Shown: in pieces, positions 10,415 to 20,043 of the stretch
Position numbering within the stretch: the stretch's first letter is position 1
How the letters are laid out: each line of letters opens with the position of its first letter
Assembly (NCBI GenBank): GCA_963751645.1
Contig: CAVVVD010000008.1
Location: forward strand, 85,914-149,913
DNA length: 64,000 bases
From: Methanomassiliicoccaceae archaeon
Lineage (GTDB): Archaea > Thermoplasmatota > Thermoplasmata > Methanomassiliicoccales > UBA472
Direction: 5' to 3'
Notes under the pieces: model-generated
What the model saw: only the letters and a program-made list of their open reading frames with translations
Databases searched by the model: none
Told to the model about the DNA's origin: nothing
Program-made: the position numbers and the translations under genes

Positions 10415-11122
10415 GGGCAGCCTAGGAAAAATATCGGATCAACGAACTTAAAAACCTAGAAGACGCCCATTGGGTTCAAGCGCACCTTTAATCATTGAAC
10501 CTTGATTAAACGGCCTTAGCTGCTTAATAAAGAGGTCCTAACCTACGTGCCGAACATCAATAACCCAGGAAAATAGTGGACAGTACAGATTTGACCATAT
10601 CCATAGCCAGTAAACTCGAATGTTTTTATGAATAACAGCACGCATAGCCTGGAACCTACTGAGGCCTCTTCCTTCTTTTTCTCTTTCCCCAACTAATTGT
10701 TAATCCATCATTTATCCGTTTGTCTTATTAGCAGAATACCCAGAACAAGAAGGTTATCCTCTTGAATTTGACCATCTAGGGGGATGCCCAAATCATTCAA
10801 AGTGCGGCCATAATCGGACGTTTGTGTACTCATCTGAGATAAGTGCAAAGGTGGACCGTCCACTCTTCCGAAACCAATGTAAACCCCCATACGCACTATT
10901 ATTCTGAGACCCCTTGAGTTCTGATCCACGACATGCATTAATTGGGGTCGGCGCCCGAGGGGTCGCTGCGAGGGGAGAGAATGGAAAGAGAGGGAATATT
11001 GAGTTATGCGATAGTTATCATGATGGTGCTGGTCTCGTTTTTTACCTTAACGAGGGGACCCTCGCCAACGATGATCAACCTGCAGACCCGCCCGATGTGT
11101 TGACTGGATCGACATAACACCG

Positions 11123-13031
11123 TTGACGGGTTGGAACATAGAGAACATTGACACGCCCGAAGCTTGGTCTGTCTTTTGCTGGGAAGTGGCGGGAGGATGG
11201 TGGTCAGACGCCGAGAAGGTTCCAGGCGATGATGGTATGGATAATCCCGCCCCGAACAACCTCGGTGACGAGGATGACCTGCTGTGTTGGGCTGCATCAG
11301 CCGCGAACATGCTCGAGTATACTGGCTGGGGTTTCGTCAATGGGATAGACACAGCCGATGAGTTCCTTGACTACTTCGAGGACCATGTGATGGATCGAGG
11401 CTCCAGCATCGATCAGGGGTTGGTCTGGTGGTTCTTAGGGGCAATTGCTGATATAGAGGATGTCGATCATGGAGGTTTCTGGTTGGACTACGCGGATTAC
11501 TGGAATTACATCCATGTATATCCTAACCACAATGAAGCACTCAATAAAATCGAAATCACCCTTGCCGGCAAGGGAGCATGTGGCATTGGTGTCGACGAGA
11601 TCGCAGGTGATGGCTTACATGCCATCACTGTATGGGGTCTTGACATCGATGATACCAAGGACCCCTGGGACCAATCGAGGTACAAGGGCATCTTTGTCTC
11701 GGATTCGGACAGCCATAAGGGCGATGCGAACGCCGAAGACTACTTGAGATACTTCAGCGTAGAATTTGACTCGGCCAATGATTATTGGTACATGCCCAGC
11801 TACGGAGGCGGATGGTTTATAACTGACGTCGTCGGGCTCAATCTGTTCCCCGGGGCTTCCAGGCCGGTCGCTGATTGCCTGATGCTCGCTGCAAACACGG
11901 AAGGGACTCCGGTGTATTTTGATGGCAGCGGATCGACCGACCCTTCTGGCGATGCGCTGTCCTATCGGTGGGACTTTGACGGAGATGGAAAATGGGACAC
12001 GGAATGGGGTGGCCCGGATACAACCCATCTCTGGACGAATGAATACACTGGCACAGCATATCTGCAGGTCTTTGATGGGCGCCTGACCGACATTTGCCCC
12101 ATCGATATCGTGGTTGAAAACGTCGAACCGGAGTTCGATCTATCGTTCTCGGACATGATCATCGATGAGGGTACGGATGAAAGCATCACCGTCGAGATCC
12201 ATGATCCCGGTGTCGATGACCTTCTGAGCGTCCAGATCGATTGGGGCGATGGAACGATATAATGCGTTCGACATGCTCCCGGGTAACAATATCTTCTCGA
12301 TGTCCCATACCTACCACGACGATAATCCAACAAATACTGTGTCGGACCCCTTCGTGATCGAGGTCGATGTATGGGATGACAGTGGCGGACACGATTCGGA
12401 GAGGGATGAAATATGGGTCGTTGATGTCGCGCCTGTGGTCACAATCGAAAGCGTTGTTCAGCCGAACACCTTCTTCGTACTGCCGATCGTGGACACATTG
12501 GACTTCACAGGAAGCTTCACAGATGTTGGGACGGAGGATACACATTACGCGGACTGGTTCTGGGGCGATATGACATCTGATGATGGGGTCATCGTCGAGG
12601 CTGACGGCTCAGGGAGCGTTACCGCCTCGCACTTCTGGTATGAACCTGGGACGTACACGGTGATGTTGTTCGTCGTAGATGATGATACTAAGCAGGGTCT
12701 CGCTGAATGGACTGTGGTGGTCTCAAGTCCGGAGGATGCTATCGACTCGGTGGACGAGTACATACAGGACCTATCGGACTCGGCCTTCGGGAAGAACCCT
12801 AACGTCGTATTGAACAGGAAAGATGCTATGCATGGCATGCTAACGGACATCAAGGAGATGATCAACGAGGAGCACTACAATGGCGCGCTAAAGTCCCTAT
12901 TGAACAGCTTCAGGACGAAAATGGACGGGCTGCCACAAAAGGGCTCCGACTGGATAATCACCCCAGTGGACCAGGAGAACCTGTGCAAGATGGTCGACGC
13001 GTTAGCTGAATACATTACCCTCATGAGGTGA
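11123..13031 (+). pseudogene. IdeS/Mac-family (MEROPS C66-like) cysteine peptidase fused to PKD-like domains and a C-terminal helical domain (frameshift near 12252)
   Basis: 'DDLLCWAASAANMLEYTGW' matches IdeS 'DDLLCGAATAGNMLHWW' (catalytic Cys). 'HAITVWGLDID' matches 'HVINLWGADFD' (His). 'KGIFVSDSDSH' matches 'KAIYVTDSDSN' (Asp). PKD-like segments are 'YRWDFDGDGKWD', 'IDWGDGT' and 'SHTYHDDNP'. ORFs 11123.. and 12249.. join by a 1-nt shift. A 41-aa signal-peptide-like ORF at 10981..11103 ('MEREGILSYAIVIMMVLVSFFTL') may be the true, also frameshifted, N-terminus. Confidence 0.75.
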
Positions 13032-13193
13032 GGAGGAACGGGGCAATAGCCCCACATTACTTTCTTTATCATGAGATTTGTATTGAGTGTTCTACCATCC
13101 CATGAAGAATGTCGAAATTTGGCTAAGCAGCGCCCACATATCCTTCCAGGGTGCTTGTTGAAAAACAATATTAATCGATATAGCCAGTGTGAG

Positions 13194-13269
13194 TGGTGGA
13201 CAGCGCGGGATTTGAACCCGCGGCCTCCGCCTTGCGAAGGCGGCGATCTTCCAGCTGATCTAGCTGCCC
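13194..13269 (-). tRNA. tRNA-Ala (anticodon CGC), CCA encoded
   Basis: The reverse complement is GGGCAGCTAGATCAGCTGGAAGATCGCCGCCTTCGCAAGGCGGAGGCCGCGGGTTCAAATCCCGCGCTGTCCACCA. It folds into a full cloverleaf. The anticodon loop is TTCGCAA, with the G3:U70 identity pair and discriminator A73. Confidence 0.93.
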
Positions 13270-13313
13270 GTTGGAACCCTCGTATCATCAACATGAATAT
13301 AATGTTTTGTGAA

Positions 13314-13330
13314 ATGCCCAGACTGGGCAT
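13314..13330 (-). terminator. perfect 8-bp inverted repeat immediately after the purB stop codon
   Basis: The repeat is atgcccag-a-ctgggcat. It starts 2 nt from the purB stop codon (13332-13334). There is no strong T-tract, so calling it a terminator is tentative. Confidence 0.3.
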
Positions 13331-13331
13331 A

Positions 13332-14696
13332 TCACCTCTTCTTCCTCGAGGGGAGAAGTGACCTTGCCTGCTCGACCATACGGTCCGTCAGCTCAGGAGC
13401 TACCCCGAGGTAGTTGGTAGGGTCCATCAGCCTGTCGAGTTCCTCGGTGGTCATGCAAGCACGAACGGACCTGTCCTTCAGCAGAACGTCACGGAACAGG
13501 ACCCCTTCGGTATCCGCCTTGATGCTCGCCTTGCGAACGACCTCATGCGCCTCCTGACGACCCATGCCTTTGGAGGCCAGCGCGATCATGACCGGTTCGG
13601 CCATGATTATGCCCTTTGCGCTCTCCAGGTTGGTCCTCATCTTATCGGGGTAGACCACCAGGCCGGAGAAGACGGTCTCCATCTTGATCAGTATCTCGTC
13701 GGTGAGGACGAACACATGGGGGAGGATGAACCGCTCCGCGCTGGAGTTGGTCAGGTCCCTCTCATGCCAGAGCACCATGTTCTCCATGGTGGCGATGGTG
13801 AAGGACCGGGCCACCCGGGCCAGGCCGCAGAGGTTCTCCGAAATGACGGGGTTCCTCTTCTGCGCCATGGTGCTGGAGCCCACTTGCTTCTTGATGTCGA
13901 AGGCCTCGGCCAGCTCGCCTATCTCGGTGCGCTGCAGGTTCCTGACCTCGGTGGCATACCTCTCGCATGAGGTGCAGAAGATCGATAGGGTCGAGACCAA
14001 TTCAGCATAGCGGTCGCGGCAGACGATCTGGGTCGCCGCCTCCTCCACACCCAGCCTGAGACCTTTCATGACCTTGGCCTGGAGCTCTATGGCGTTCGGA
14101 CCTAGCGCCGCCCCTGTCCCTATGGCCCCGGACATCTTGCCCACACAGACGCGGGCGCGCATCTGCCTCAGGCGCTCCAGATGTCTCATGACCTCGCTCA
14201 GGTACCCCGCCACCTTGAAACCGAACGTGGTGGGTATGGCGAACTGTCCGTGGGTACGCCCGATCATCATCGTTTCCCGATGCCTCTCCGCCAAGTTGGA
14301 GAGCGTCTTGATGAGCTTGAGCAGGTCCTTCTCGATGATGTCGAGGCCTTGCTCCATCTGGATCGCCGTAGCGGTGTCGATTATGTCGTTGGAGGTGGCC
14401 CCGAGATGCACATACTTGCCGGCCTCCCCACATTGCTCCGAGAGGGCCTTGACCATGGCCATCACGTCATGCTTGGTCTCGGCCTCGATCTCCTTCACCC
14501 TGTCGTTGGAGACGTGCCTGAGGTCTGCCCTTTTATCGATCTCCTTTGCGGCGGTCTTCGGAATGGTCCCCATGGCCGAATGGGCGATGGCCAGGGCGGC
14601 CTCCACCCTGAGCTGGGTCTGGAGCCGGTTCTCCTCCGAGAAGATCTCCTTCATCGCTTTACGCCCGTAACGGTAGTCCAATGGGCAAAGAAGCAT
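13332..14696 (-). CDS. purB: adenylosuccinate lyase
   Basis: This is an intact 454-aa ORF. It has the N-terminus 'PLDYRYGRKAMKEIFSEENRL' and fumarate-lyase family blocks ('GATSNDIIDTA', 'GSSTMAQKRNP'). Confidence 0.92.
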   Translation of the reverse strand: MLLCPLDYRYGRKAMKEIFSEENRLQTQLRVEAALAIAHSAMGTIPKTAAKEIDKRADLRHVSNDRVKEIEAETKHDVMAMVKALSEQCGEAGKYVHLGATSNDIIDTATAIQMEQGLDIIEKDLLKLIKTLSNLAERHRETMMIGRTHGQFAIPTTFGFKVAGYLSEVMRHLERLRQMRARVCVGKMSGAIGTGAALGPNAIELQAKVMKGLRLGVEEAATQIVCRDRYAELVSTLSIFCTSCERYATEVRNLQRTEIGELAEAFDIKKQVGSSTMAQKRNPVISENLCGLARVARSFTIATMENMVLWHERDLTNSSAERFILPHVFVLTDEILIKMETVFSGLVVYPDKMRTNLESAKGIIMAEPVMIALASKGMGRQEAHEVVRKASIKADTEGVLFRDVLLKDRSVRACMTTEELDRLMDPTNYLGVAPELTDRMVEQARSLLPSRKKR

Positions 14697-14862
14697 GCGC
14701 TTTCACTCCGCTGTAAGGTAAGGCCCATAGGCCTGCCTGATATAATATCTTGCGTCGCACGATTTAACGGGTTTTCTATTTTTCGAAGTAATGAGCCAGT
14801 ATTTCGTCCTAAGGCCAGATGGAAAGGTAGATTGAGAACTATCCAGAAATTAATTTATATGA

Positions 14863-16488
14863 TTGTACGGCTTCGATGGTTCGATCAAATTGGCAGACAA
14901 GGTCAACACTGGCAGGATACCTCGCGAGATCCTAGACTTCTTCCGTTCCCCTGGTGGCCACTCCCTGATAATCAAAGGTGACGCCGGAACGGGCAAGACC
15001 ACGTTGGCCTTGCAACTGATAGAGGAGCTTGCGAGCGAGCAGCCGGAATATTACCTATCCATGCGCGTCTCTGACGAGGCGCTTTTCAGACAGTTCCCCT
15101 GGCTGAGGGAGAAGGCCAGGAGGAACGAGATCCTCAAGGCGGGCAAGGCGTTCCTGAGAAGGACCGTCCCCCCGGAGAGGGACGAGTTCGACGCCAAGCG
15201 CCGCGAGGAGCTGCGGGTGACGAAGGACCTGTTGCAGGCGTTGACGGACGAACCGCCATCCCCCACGGTCGTACGTACCGAGCTTCGCAAGCTGGAGGGT
15301 CAGATAGAGGCGGGGGAGATAACCTCTGAGGACGATGACCTGGAGCTTTGCACCGAGGACGGTTCGCTGGTCCTCGAGATGGGCATGATGCTGCCCGAGC
15401 TCGAGCTGGCCTATGACATCGTCGAGAACAACCTGCCGACCAAGTCGCTCATCGTGCTGGACAGCATCGAGGCATTGTCGGAGAACTATGGCATCCCAGC
15501 GCAGCGCATCGTCACCACCTTGCAACGTGATTTGGTGGAGCATTCCAATACCAACATAACCTACGTGCTCGAGACCTCGGGAAAGTCTATCCTGGACTAC
15601 CTAGGTGATGGCATAATATCGATGGCCAATGAGGACCGGTCGGGGAGGAGGATGCGCATGCTGATCATCGAGAAGATGCGCGGTGCGAGCGTCCAACGCT
15701 GGAAATACCTTTTCACGTTGCAGGATGGCAGGCTGAGGGTCTTCGAGCACGATGCCTACGATGACATGGTCCTACCGGCCAGGCATGAGCCGGTGCCGGA
15801 GAACAGCCCCGGTCACATCTCTTTGGGCTTCGCCGCCCTGGACATGGTCATGGGAGGCGCCCCTCGTGGAGGCCTCATGCTCCTGGAGATCGGTGAGAAC
15901 GTCCCGCAGGACATGGTGCGTTGGTTCGAGACGACCATCGTCCTGGACCAGCTCTCCAAGCGCCGGGGTGCCGTCTGGTTCCCCCAACATTCCCTGGACT
16001 ATGCCCATCTGGACAAACAGTTGCGCACCATGGTCGGCCTGGACCGGCCCTCCGAGTACCTGAGCGTCCTCGACACCGGCAAGCAGGTCGGCCAGGAGGC
16101 TTCGTTCGTCCGCGTGCTGGAGGGAGAGGACGCAATGCATGACCTGCGTTGGGAGCAGATGCGCTATCAGCTCAACACCGCCAAAGGCCCGTACATAGGG
16201 ATCCTCGGCTTCGATGCCATAGAGGACACCTACGGCCGGAGCGCCATGCCCAGGGTGATGCCCTTCATCGATGCCATGCGCAGGGGTCAGAACGTGATCG
16301 TCGCGGAGGCGACCTCCATATCCTCCTCGCTCTCGCAGCTCTCACATCAGGCCAAGATGCACCTGAAGCTCGAGTGCATCGATGGCACTGTTCTGATCTG
16401 CGGGCAGAAGCCCTTCACCGCCTACTTCCACATGGAAAGGCGCATGGATGGCGGGGTCATCAAGCCCGTCCTGGTGCCCCTCCTGTGA
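14863..16488 (+). CDS. KaiC/RAD55/GvpD-like RecA-superfamily ATPase with two RecA-like domains (second degenerate)
   Basis: Walker A is 'IIKGDAGTGKTT' and Walker B-like is 'SLIVLDSIEAL'. The C-terminal half resembles a second RecA-like domain but has no P-loop. The start is uncertain: TTG at 14863 or TTG at 14890, with a TATA-like 'tttatat' at about 14853. Confidence 0.7.
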   Translation: MYGFDGSIKLADKVNTGRIPREILDFFRSPGGHSLIIKGDAGTGKTTLALQLIEELASEQPEYYLSMRVSDEALFRQFPWLREKARRNEILKAGKAFLRRTVPPERDEFDAKRREELRVTKDLLQALTDEPPSPTVVRTELRKLEGQIEAGEITSEDDDLELCTEDGSLVLEMGMMLPELELAYDIVENNLPTKSLIVLDSIEALSENYGIPAQRIVTTLQRDLVEHSNTNITYVLETSGKSILDYLGDGIISMANEDRSGRRMRMLIIEKMRGASVQRWKYLFTLQDGRLRVFEHDAYDDMVLPARHEPVPENSPGHISLGFAALDMVMGGAPRGGLMLLEIGENVPQDMVRWFETTIVLDQLSKRRGAVWFPQHSLDYAHLDKQLRTMVGLDRPSEYLSVLDTGKQVGQEASFVRVLEGEDAMHDLRWEQMRYQLNTAKGPYIGILGFDAIEDTYGRSAMPRVMPFIDAMRRGQNVIVAEATSISSSLSQLSHQAKMHLKLECIDGTVLICGQKPFTAYFHMERRMDGGVIKPVLVPLL

Positions 16489-16577
16489 CGTTCCAGCGTC
16501 ACTTTTTTATCGTTTATTATTATCAGGGCTGATTCTCAGCCAGTTACCTTTATTTTAATAGGCTCCGCTCACCAATC

Positions 16578-16913
16578 ATGGAAATGATTACCAGGGATCA
16601 GGTCATCTCCAAGTTACTTGCCGATGAGTACGGAGGGAAGATCCTCAGTGCTACCTTCAGCACGGCGCTTCCTGTCCAGGAGATCAGCAAGGCTTGTGAC
16701 ATCCCCATCGCGGTCGCCTACAGGCGGGTCCTGATGATGGAGGAGGTCGGACTATTGAACGCAGTGTTCGTCGACGAGAAGAAGCGGGGCCGCAAGGTGA
16801 AATTTTACAAATGCAATGTCAGCACCATCCGGTTCACGTTCAACGAGGGGAAGTTCTCCATCGAGGTCGATTGGCTGCTCAGTGGCACGCCTCCGGAAAT
16901 GAGCATACCTTGA
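16578..16913 (+). CDS. small winged-helix (ArsR/TrmB-like) DNA-binding protein
   Basis: This is a 111-aa ORF. 'LPVQEISKACDIPIAVAYRRVLMMEEVGLL' is an HTH, followed by a beta-wing 'GRKVKFYK'. It is a paralog of the next gene. Confidence 0.65.
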   Translation: MEMITRDQVISKLLADEYGGKILSATFSTALPVQEISKACDIPIAVAYRRVLMMEEVGLLNAVFVDEKKRGRKVKFYKCNVSTIRFTFNEGKFSIEVDWLLSGTPPEMSIP

Positions 16914-17002
16914 TCCCAAGATCGCCGTTCGGCCGCAGGGCCGGTTAAATCGATTAATATTGGAACGCTATTCGGTCATGTCGAGGTGGAACCATACCGG
17001 AC

Positions 17003-17398
17003 ATGCTCGCAGTGTCCCAGCTGCTAACGGACCCCTATGCCGTCAAGATCCTGGTCGCGACGGTAAGGAGCCCGAAGTGCGCTCAGGACATATCGGACCA
17101 GTATGGGATACCCATCGCCGCCTGTTATCGTCGCATCCGGGATCTGGAACAGTTCGGCCTCATAATGTGCACGGAGAGGAAGCTGTCCCGCCAGGGCAAG
17201 CGCGTCAACTATTACGTCTCGTTGGTCAAGACCGCCCATGTCTACTATGAAGAGGGCAAGTTGAAGGTCAAGTTCGAGATGAAGGACGGTTCCTACAATA
17301 CGCGCAACGACAACTGGCACGACATAGAGCTCCGTAAGGACCAACAACCTCCGCCCGAGGACAAAGGTCACGAAGGGGAGGAAGGCGACGGACTGTGA
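17003..17398 (+). CDS. small winged-helix DNA-binding protein with acidic/Pro-rich tail, paralog of 16578..16913
   Basis: It shares the layout of the previous gene: 'LLTDPYAVKILVAT', 'CAQDISDQYGIPIAACYRRIRDLEQFGLI', 'GKRVNYYV'. Confidence 0.65.
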   Translation: MLAVSQLLTDPYAVKILVATVRSPKCAQDISDQYGIPIAACYRRIRDLEQFGLIMCTERKLSRQGKRVNYYVSLVKTAHVYYEEGKLKVKFEMKDGSYNTRNDNWHDIELRKDQQPPPEDKGHEGEEGDGL

Positions 17399-17507
17399 AT
17401 TCCTGGCAGTGGACCAAAAAGGCTTCAGCAATCGAAAATCTTATAAACGGTTTGTATTATGTCGAAGCCGCTTTAGTTGTGAGCCTGAGTATTGAGTGTG
17501 AACGTTT

Positions 17508-18395
17508 ATGACCGAGCTTTTAGAGGACCTCGAACAAAAGCGCGCTATGAACAACGCCGAGGCGGAGAAGCATAAGCGACTCCGTGACGACTTAAATGAC
17601 AAGACCAAAGAATGGGTCCAGAAGCGCGACGAACTGAACGCTGAGGTCCGCAAGCTGGTCGATGAGGCTGCAAAGCACCGCGAAGAGCGGGACAAGCTCA
17701 ACGAACAGGTTAAAGCGGCCAAGGTGGCCCGCGATGAGATGAACAACAAGGTGAACGAGACCTCCAAAAAGGTCTCCGAGCTCAAGAAGGTCAACCAGCC
17801 CAAGGAGGGCGCCCAGCAGATCCCCGTGATGAAGCTGCGCAAGGACCTGAAACAGCTGGAGTTCTCCTACCAGACCCAGTCCTGGGGAATCGAGAACCGG
17901 GACAAGGAAAAGGAGCTGGTCGAGAAGATCAAGCAGCTGGACAAGGAGATCAAGGAGCGCGAGAAGAACCTTGAACAGAATGCGGAGGTCAAGATGGCCA
18001 TCCGGGAGCTGCGCGAGGCCAAGGACTTGGCCGAGGCGGAGCACCGGCGCGTGGGAGAGCTGGCGGAGAGAGCCCAGACCGAACACGACACCATGATCCA
18101 GCTCTATGAGAAGGCGGACGCGATGCGCAAGGAGGCCGACAAGGCCCAGGAGAACTTCCTGGAGAACAAGGCCAAGGCCGACGAGGAGCACCGCAAGCAC
18201 ATAGAGAACATCCGTCAGGTGCATGACTACGACAAGATCATCACCGGTCTGAGACAGAAGGCGAAGAAGGCCAAGAAGAAGAAGGACGACACTGTCGCCC
18301 AGAAAGAGGCCGACGACATCTTCGAGAAGTTCAAGAAGGGCGAGAAGCTCAGCACCGAGGACCTGATGGCTTTGCAAAAGTCTAGTTATCAATAA
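17508..18395 (+). CDS. conserved archaeal coiled-coil protein (COG1340-like)
   Basis: This 295-aa ORF has strongly heptad-like K/E/L/R-rich sequence throughout. The 266-aa antisense ORF has antisense-type composition. Confidence 0.7.
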   Translation: MTELLEDLEQKRAMNNAEAEKHKRLRDDLNDKTKEWVQKRDELNAEVRKLVDEAAKHREERDKLNEQVKAAKVARDEMNNKVNETSKKVSELKKVNQPKEGAQQIPVMKLRKDLKQLEFSYQTQSWGIENRDKEKELVEKIKQLDKEIKEREKNLEQNAEVKMAIRELREAKDLAEAEHRRVGELAERAQTEHDTMIQLYEKADAMRKEADKAQENFLENKAKADEEHRKHIENIRQVHDYDKIITGLRQKAKKAKKKKDDTVAQKEADDIFEKFKKGEKLSTEDLMALQKSSYQ

Positions 18396-18397
18396 CT

Positions 18398-18436
18398 TGG
18401 ACCTTCACCGGTCCAGATCTAATTTTTCTCTTTCTC
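18398..18436 (+). terminator. hairpin plus T-rich tract after the coiled-coil gene
   Basis: The stem is tggacc-ttcacc-ggtcca (18398-18415). It is followed by 'atctaatttttctctttctc'. Confidence 0.5.
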
Positions 18437-18486
18437 AATAATTTTATTAGACCGTTACTGATAAGTATCTTTAGGTAATTAAATTA

Positions 18487-18503
18487 AGAAAAAGTATATA
18501 TAT
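18487..18503 (+). promoter_or_regulatory. BRE/TATA-like promoter element
   Basis: The sequence is 'agaaaaagtatatatat'. The TATA centre is about 26 nt upstream of the hairpin that starts at 18526. Confidence 0.45.
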
Positions 18504-18525
18504 CTTCAAAAATATAGTAGATATC

Positions 18526-18597
18526 GGGAAGGTCTGGGCTAGTTTTCAGAGTGCATCCCATCCCTTCTGACAAGGCTAGCCCTTCCCAAACCTTTTT
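18526..18597 (+). ncRNA. candidate small structured RNA or srp54 leader/attenuator
   Basis: There are nested stems: GGGAA/TTCCC, GGGCTAG/CTAGCCC and TCAGA/TCTGA (18526-18587). A T5 run follows at 18593-18597. The element lies 100 nt upstream of the srp54 ATG. No family is recognised. Confidence 0.3.
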
Positions 18598-18699
18598 ATC
18601 TTCTCTGTATGGGCATTGCCATTCCTGCTGTTCTAAAGCACCTGCGACTAAGTAAAGTTTAATAGCCGTGGCGAGGTTGCCAGAGGGAGGTTGGCGCAC

Positions 18700-20043
18700 A
18701 TGGTCCTGGAAGGTCTTGGCAAGTCGTTGAAGGACGTCCTGAAGAAGATAGCCAAGTCCAGCACTGTCGATGAGAAGCTGGTCAAGGAGATCACCAAGGA
18801 CATACAGCGTGCGCTCCTCCAGGCCGATGTCAATGTGAAGCTGGTCCTCGAGATCACCAAGGAGGTGGAGAGACGGGCCCTGAACGAGAAGCCCCCGGCC
18901 GGCAAGACCGCGAAGGAGTACGTGGTCCGCATCATCTACGAGGAGCTCGTGAAGATACTGGGCGAGAGGAAGGAGATCCCGCTCACCAGGCAGACCATCA
19001 TGATGGTGGGCCTCTATGGCCAAGGTAAGACCACCACCGCCGGAAAGCTCAGCCGTTACTTTCATAAGAAGAACCTCAAGGTCGGGGTGATCGCGGCGGA
19101 CGTGCACCGTCCCGCCGCCTATGACCAATTGAAGCAGATCGCTGACAAGGTCGGCGTCTCGTTCTTCGGCATTCCCGGTGAGAAGAGCGCTGTCAGGATC
19201 GTCGAGGAGGGTATGAAGTTCCACTCCGGGACGGACATCATCATAATCGATACCTCCGGGCGCCATGCCCTGGAGGGGGACCTCATCCAGGAGATCAAGG
19301 ATGTGGCCGCCACGGCCAAGCCGTCGGAGCGCATCCTGGTCCTGGACGCCTCTGTGGGACAGCAGGCCGGACCTCAGGCCCAGGCGTTCCATGAGGCTGT
19401 TGGCGTCACCAGCGTCATCGTGACCAAGATGGACGGGACCGCCAAGGGCGGTGGCGCCCTTACAGCGGTGTCACGCACCCAGGCTCCCATCGTGTTCATC
19501 GGCGTGGGCGAGCACCTGGAGGACCTGGACCCCTTCGTGCCCTCGCGTTTCATATCTCGACTGTTGGGGATGGGGGACATCGAGACCCTTCTCGAGATGA
19601 CCAAGGAGGGCGTCTCGGAGGAGGAGGCCCTCGAGACCACCAAGAAGATCATGTCCGGCCGCTTCACCCTCAGGGAGATGTACGACCAGATGGAGATGCT
19701 CACCAACGTCGGTCCTCTACAGAAGATCATGTCGCTATTGCCAGGACTGCCCGGCAACGTGCAGGACAAGGTCAACGTGGAGGAGATGCAGGAGCGCCTC
19801 TACAAGTACCGCATCATCATGGACTCGATGACGGACGCGGAGATGGATGAGCCCAAGATCATCAAGTCGTCCCGCATCAACCGCATCGCCAAGGGGTCCG
19901 GTGTGGAGGCGAAGGAGGTGAGGCAGCTCCTGCAGCAGTACAACAACTCCAAGAAGGCTGTCAAGGGCTTCATGGGCAACCGCAAGCTGCGCAAGCAGCT
20001 CATGAAGCAGCTGGGCGGTCAAGGCTTGGAGGGCCAGATGTGA
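18700..20043 (+). CDS. srp54: signal recognition particle protein Srp54
   Basis: The N-terminus is 'MVLEGLGKSLKDVLKKI'. GTPase motifs are 'GLYGQGKTTTAGKL', 'DTSGRH' and 'TKMDG'. The M-domain is Met-rich. An RBS-like 'gagggagg' lies 10 nt upstream of the ATG at 18700. Confidence 0.95.
   Translation: MVLEGLGKSLKDVLKKIAKSSTVDEKLVKEITKDIQRALLQADVNVKLVLEITKEVERRALNEKPPAGKTAKEYVVRIIYEELVKILGERKEIPLTRQTIMMVGLYGQGKTTTAGKLSRYFHKKNLKVGVIAADVHRPAAYDQLKQIADKVGVSFFGIPGEKSAVRIVEEGMKFHSGTDIIIIDTSGRHALEGDLIQEIKDVAATAKPSERILVLDASVGQQAGPQAQAFHEAVGVTSVIVTKMDGTAKGGGALTAVSRTQAPIVFIGVGEHLEDLDPFVPSRFISRLLGMGDIETLLEMTKEGVSEEEALETTKKIMSGRFTLREMYDQMEMLTNVGPLQKIMSLLPGLPGNVQDKVNVEEMQERLYKYRIIMDSMTDAEMDEPKIIKSSRINRIAKGSGVEAKEVRQLLQQYNNSKKAVKGFMGNRKLRKQLMKQLGGQGLEGQM

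Noticed and set aside
10708-10938. The 76-aa minus-strand ORF and the 67-aa plus-strand ORF (10914..11117) in the spacer before the peptidase gene.
   Set aside because: They have no recognisable features. The plus-strand one overlaps the more convincing signal-peptide-like ORF at 10981..11103, which probably belongs to the peptidase.
13032-13330. A search for an integrase, att repeat or prophage remnants next to tRNA-Ala.
   Set aside because: No recombinase-like ORF is present. I found no second copy of the tRNA 3' segment in the window, only a trivial 9-nt match near 1671. The island idea is therefore kept only as a low-weight inference.
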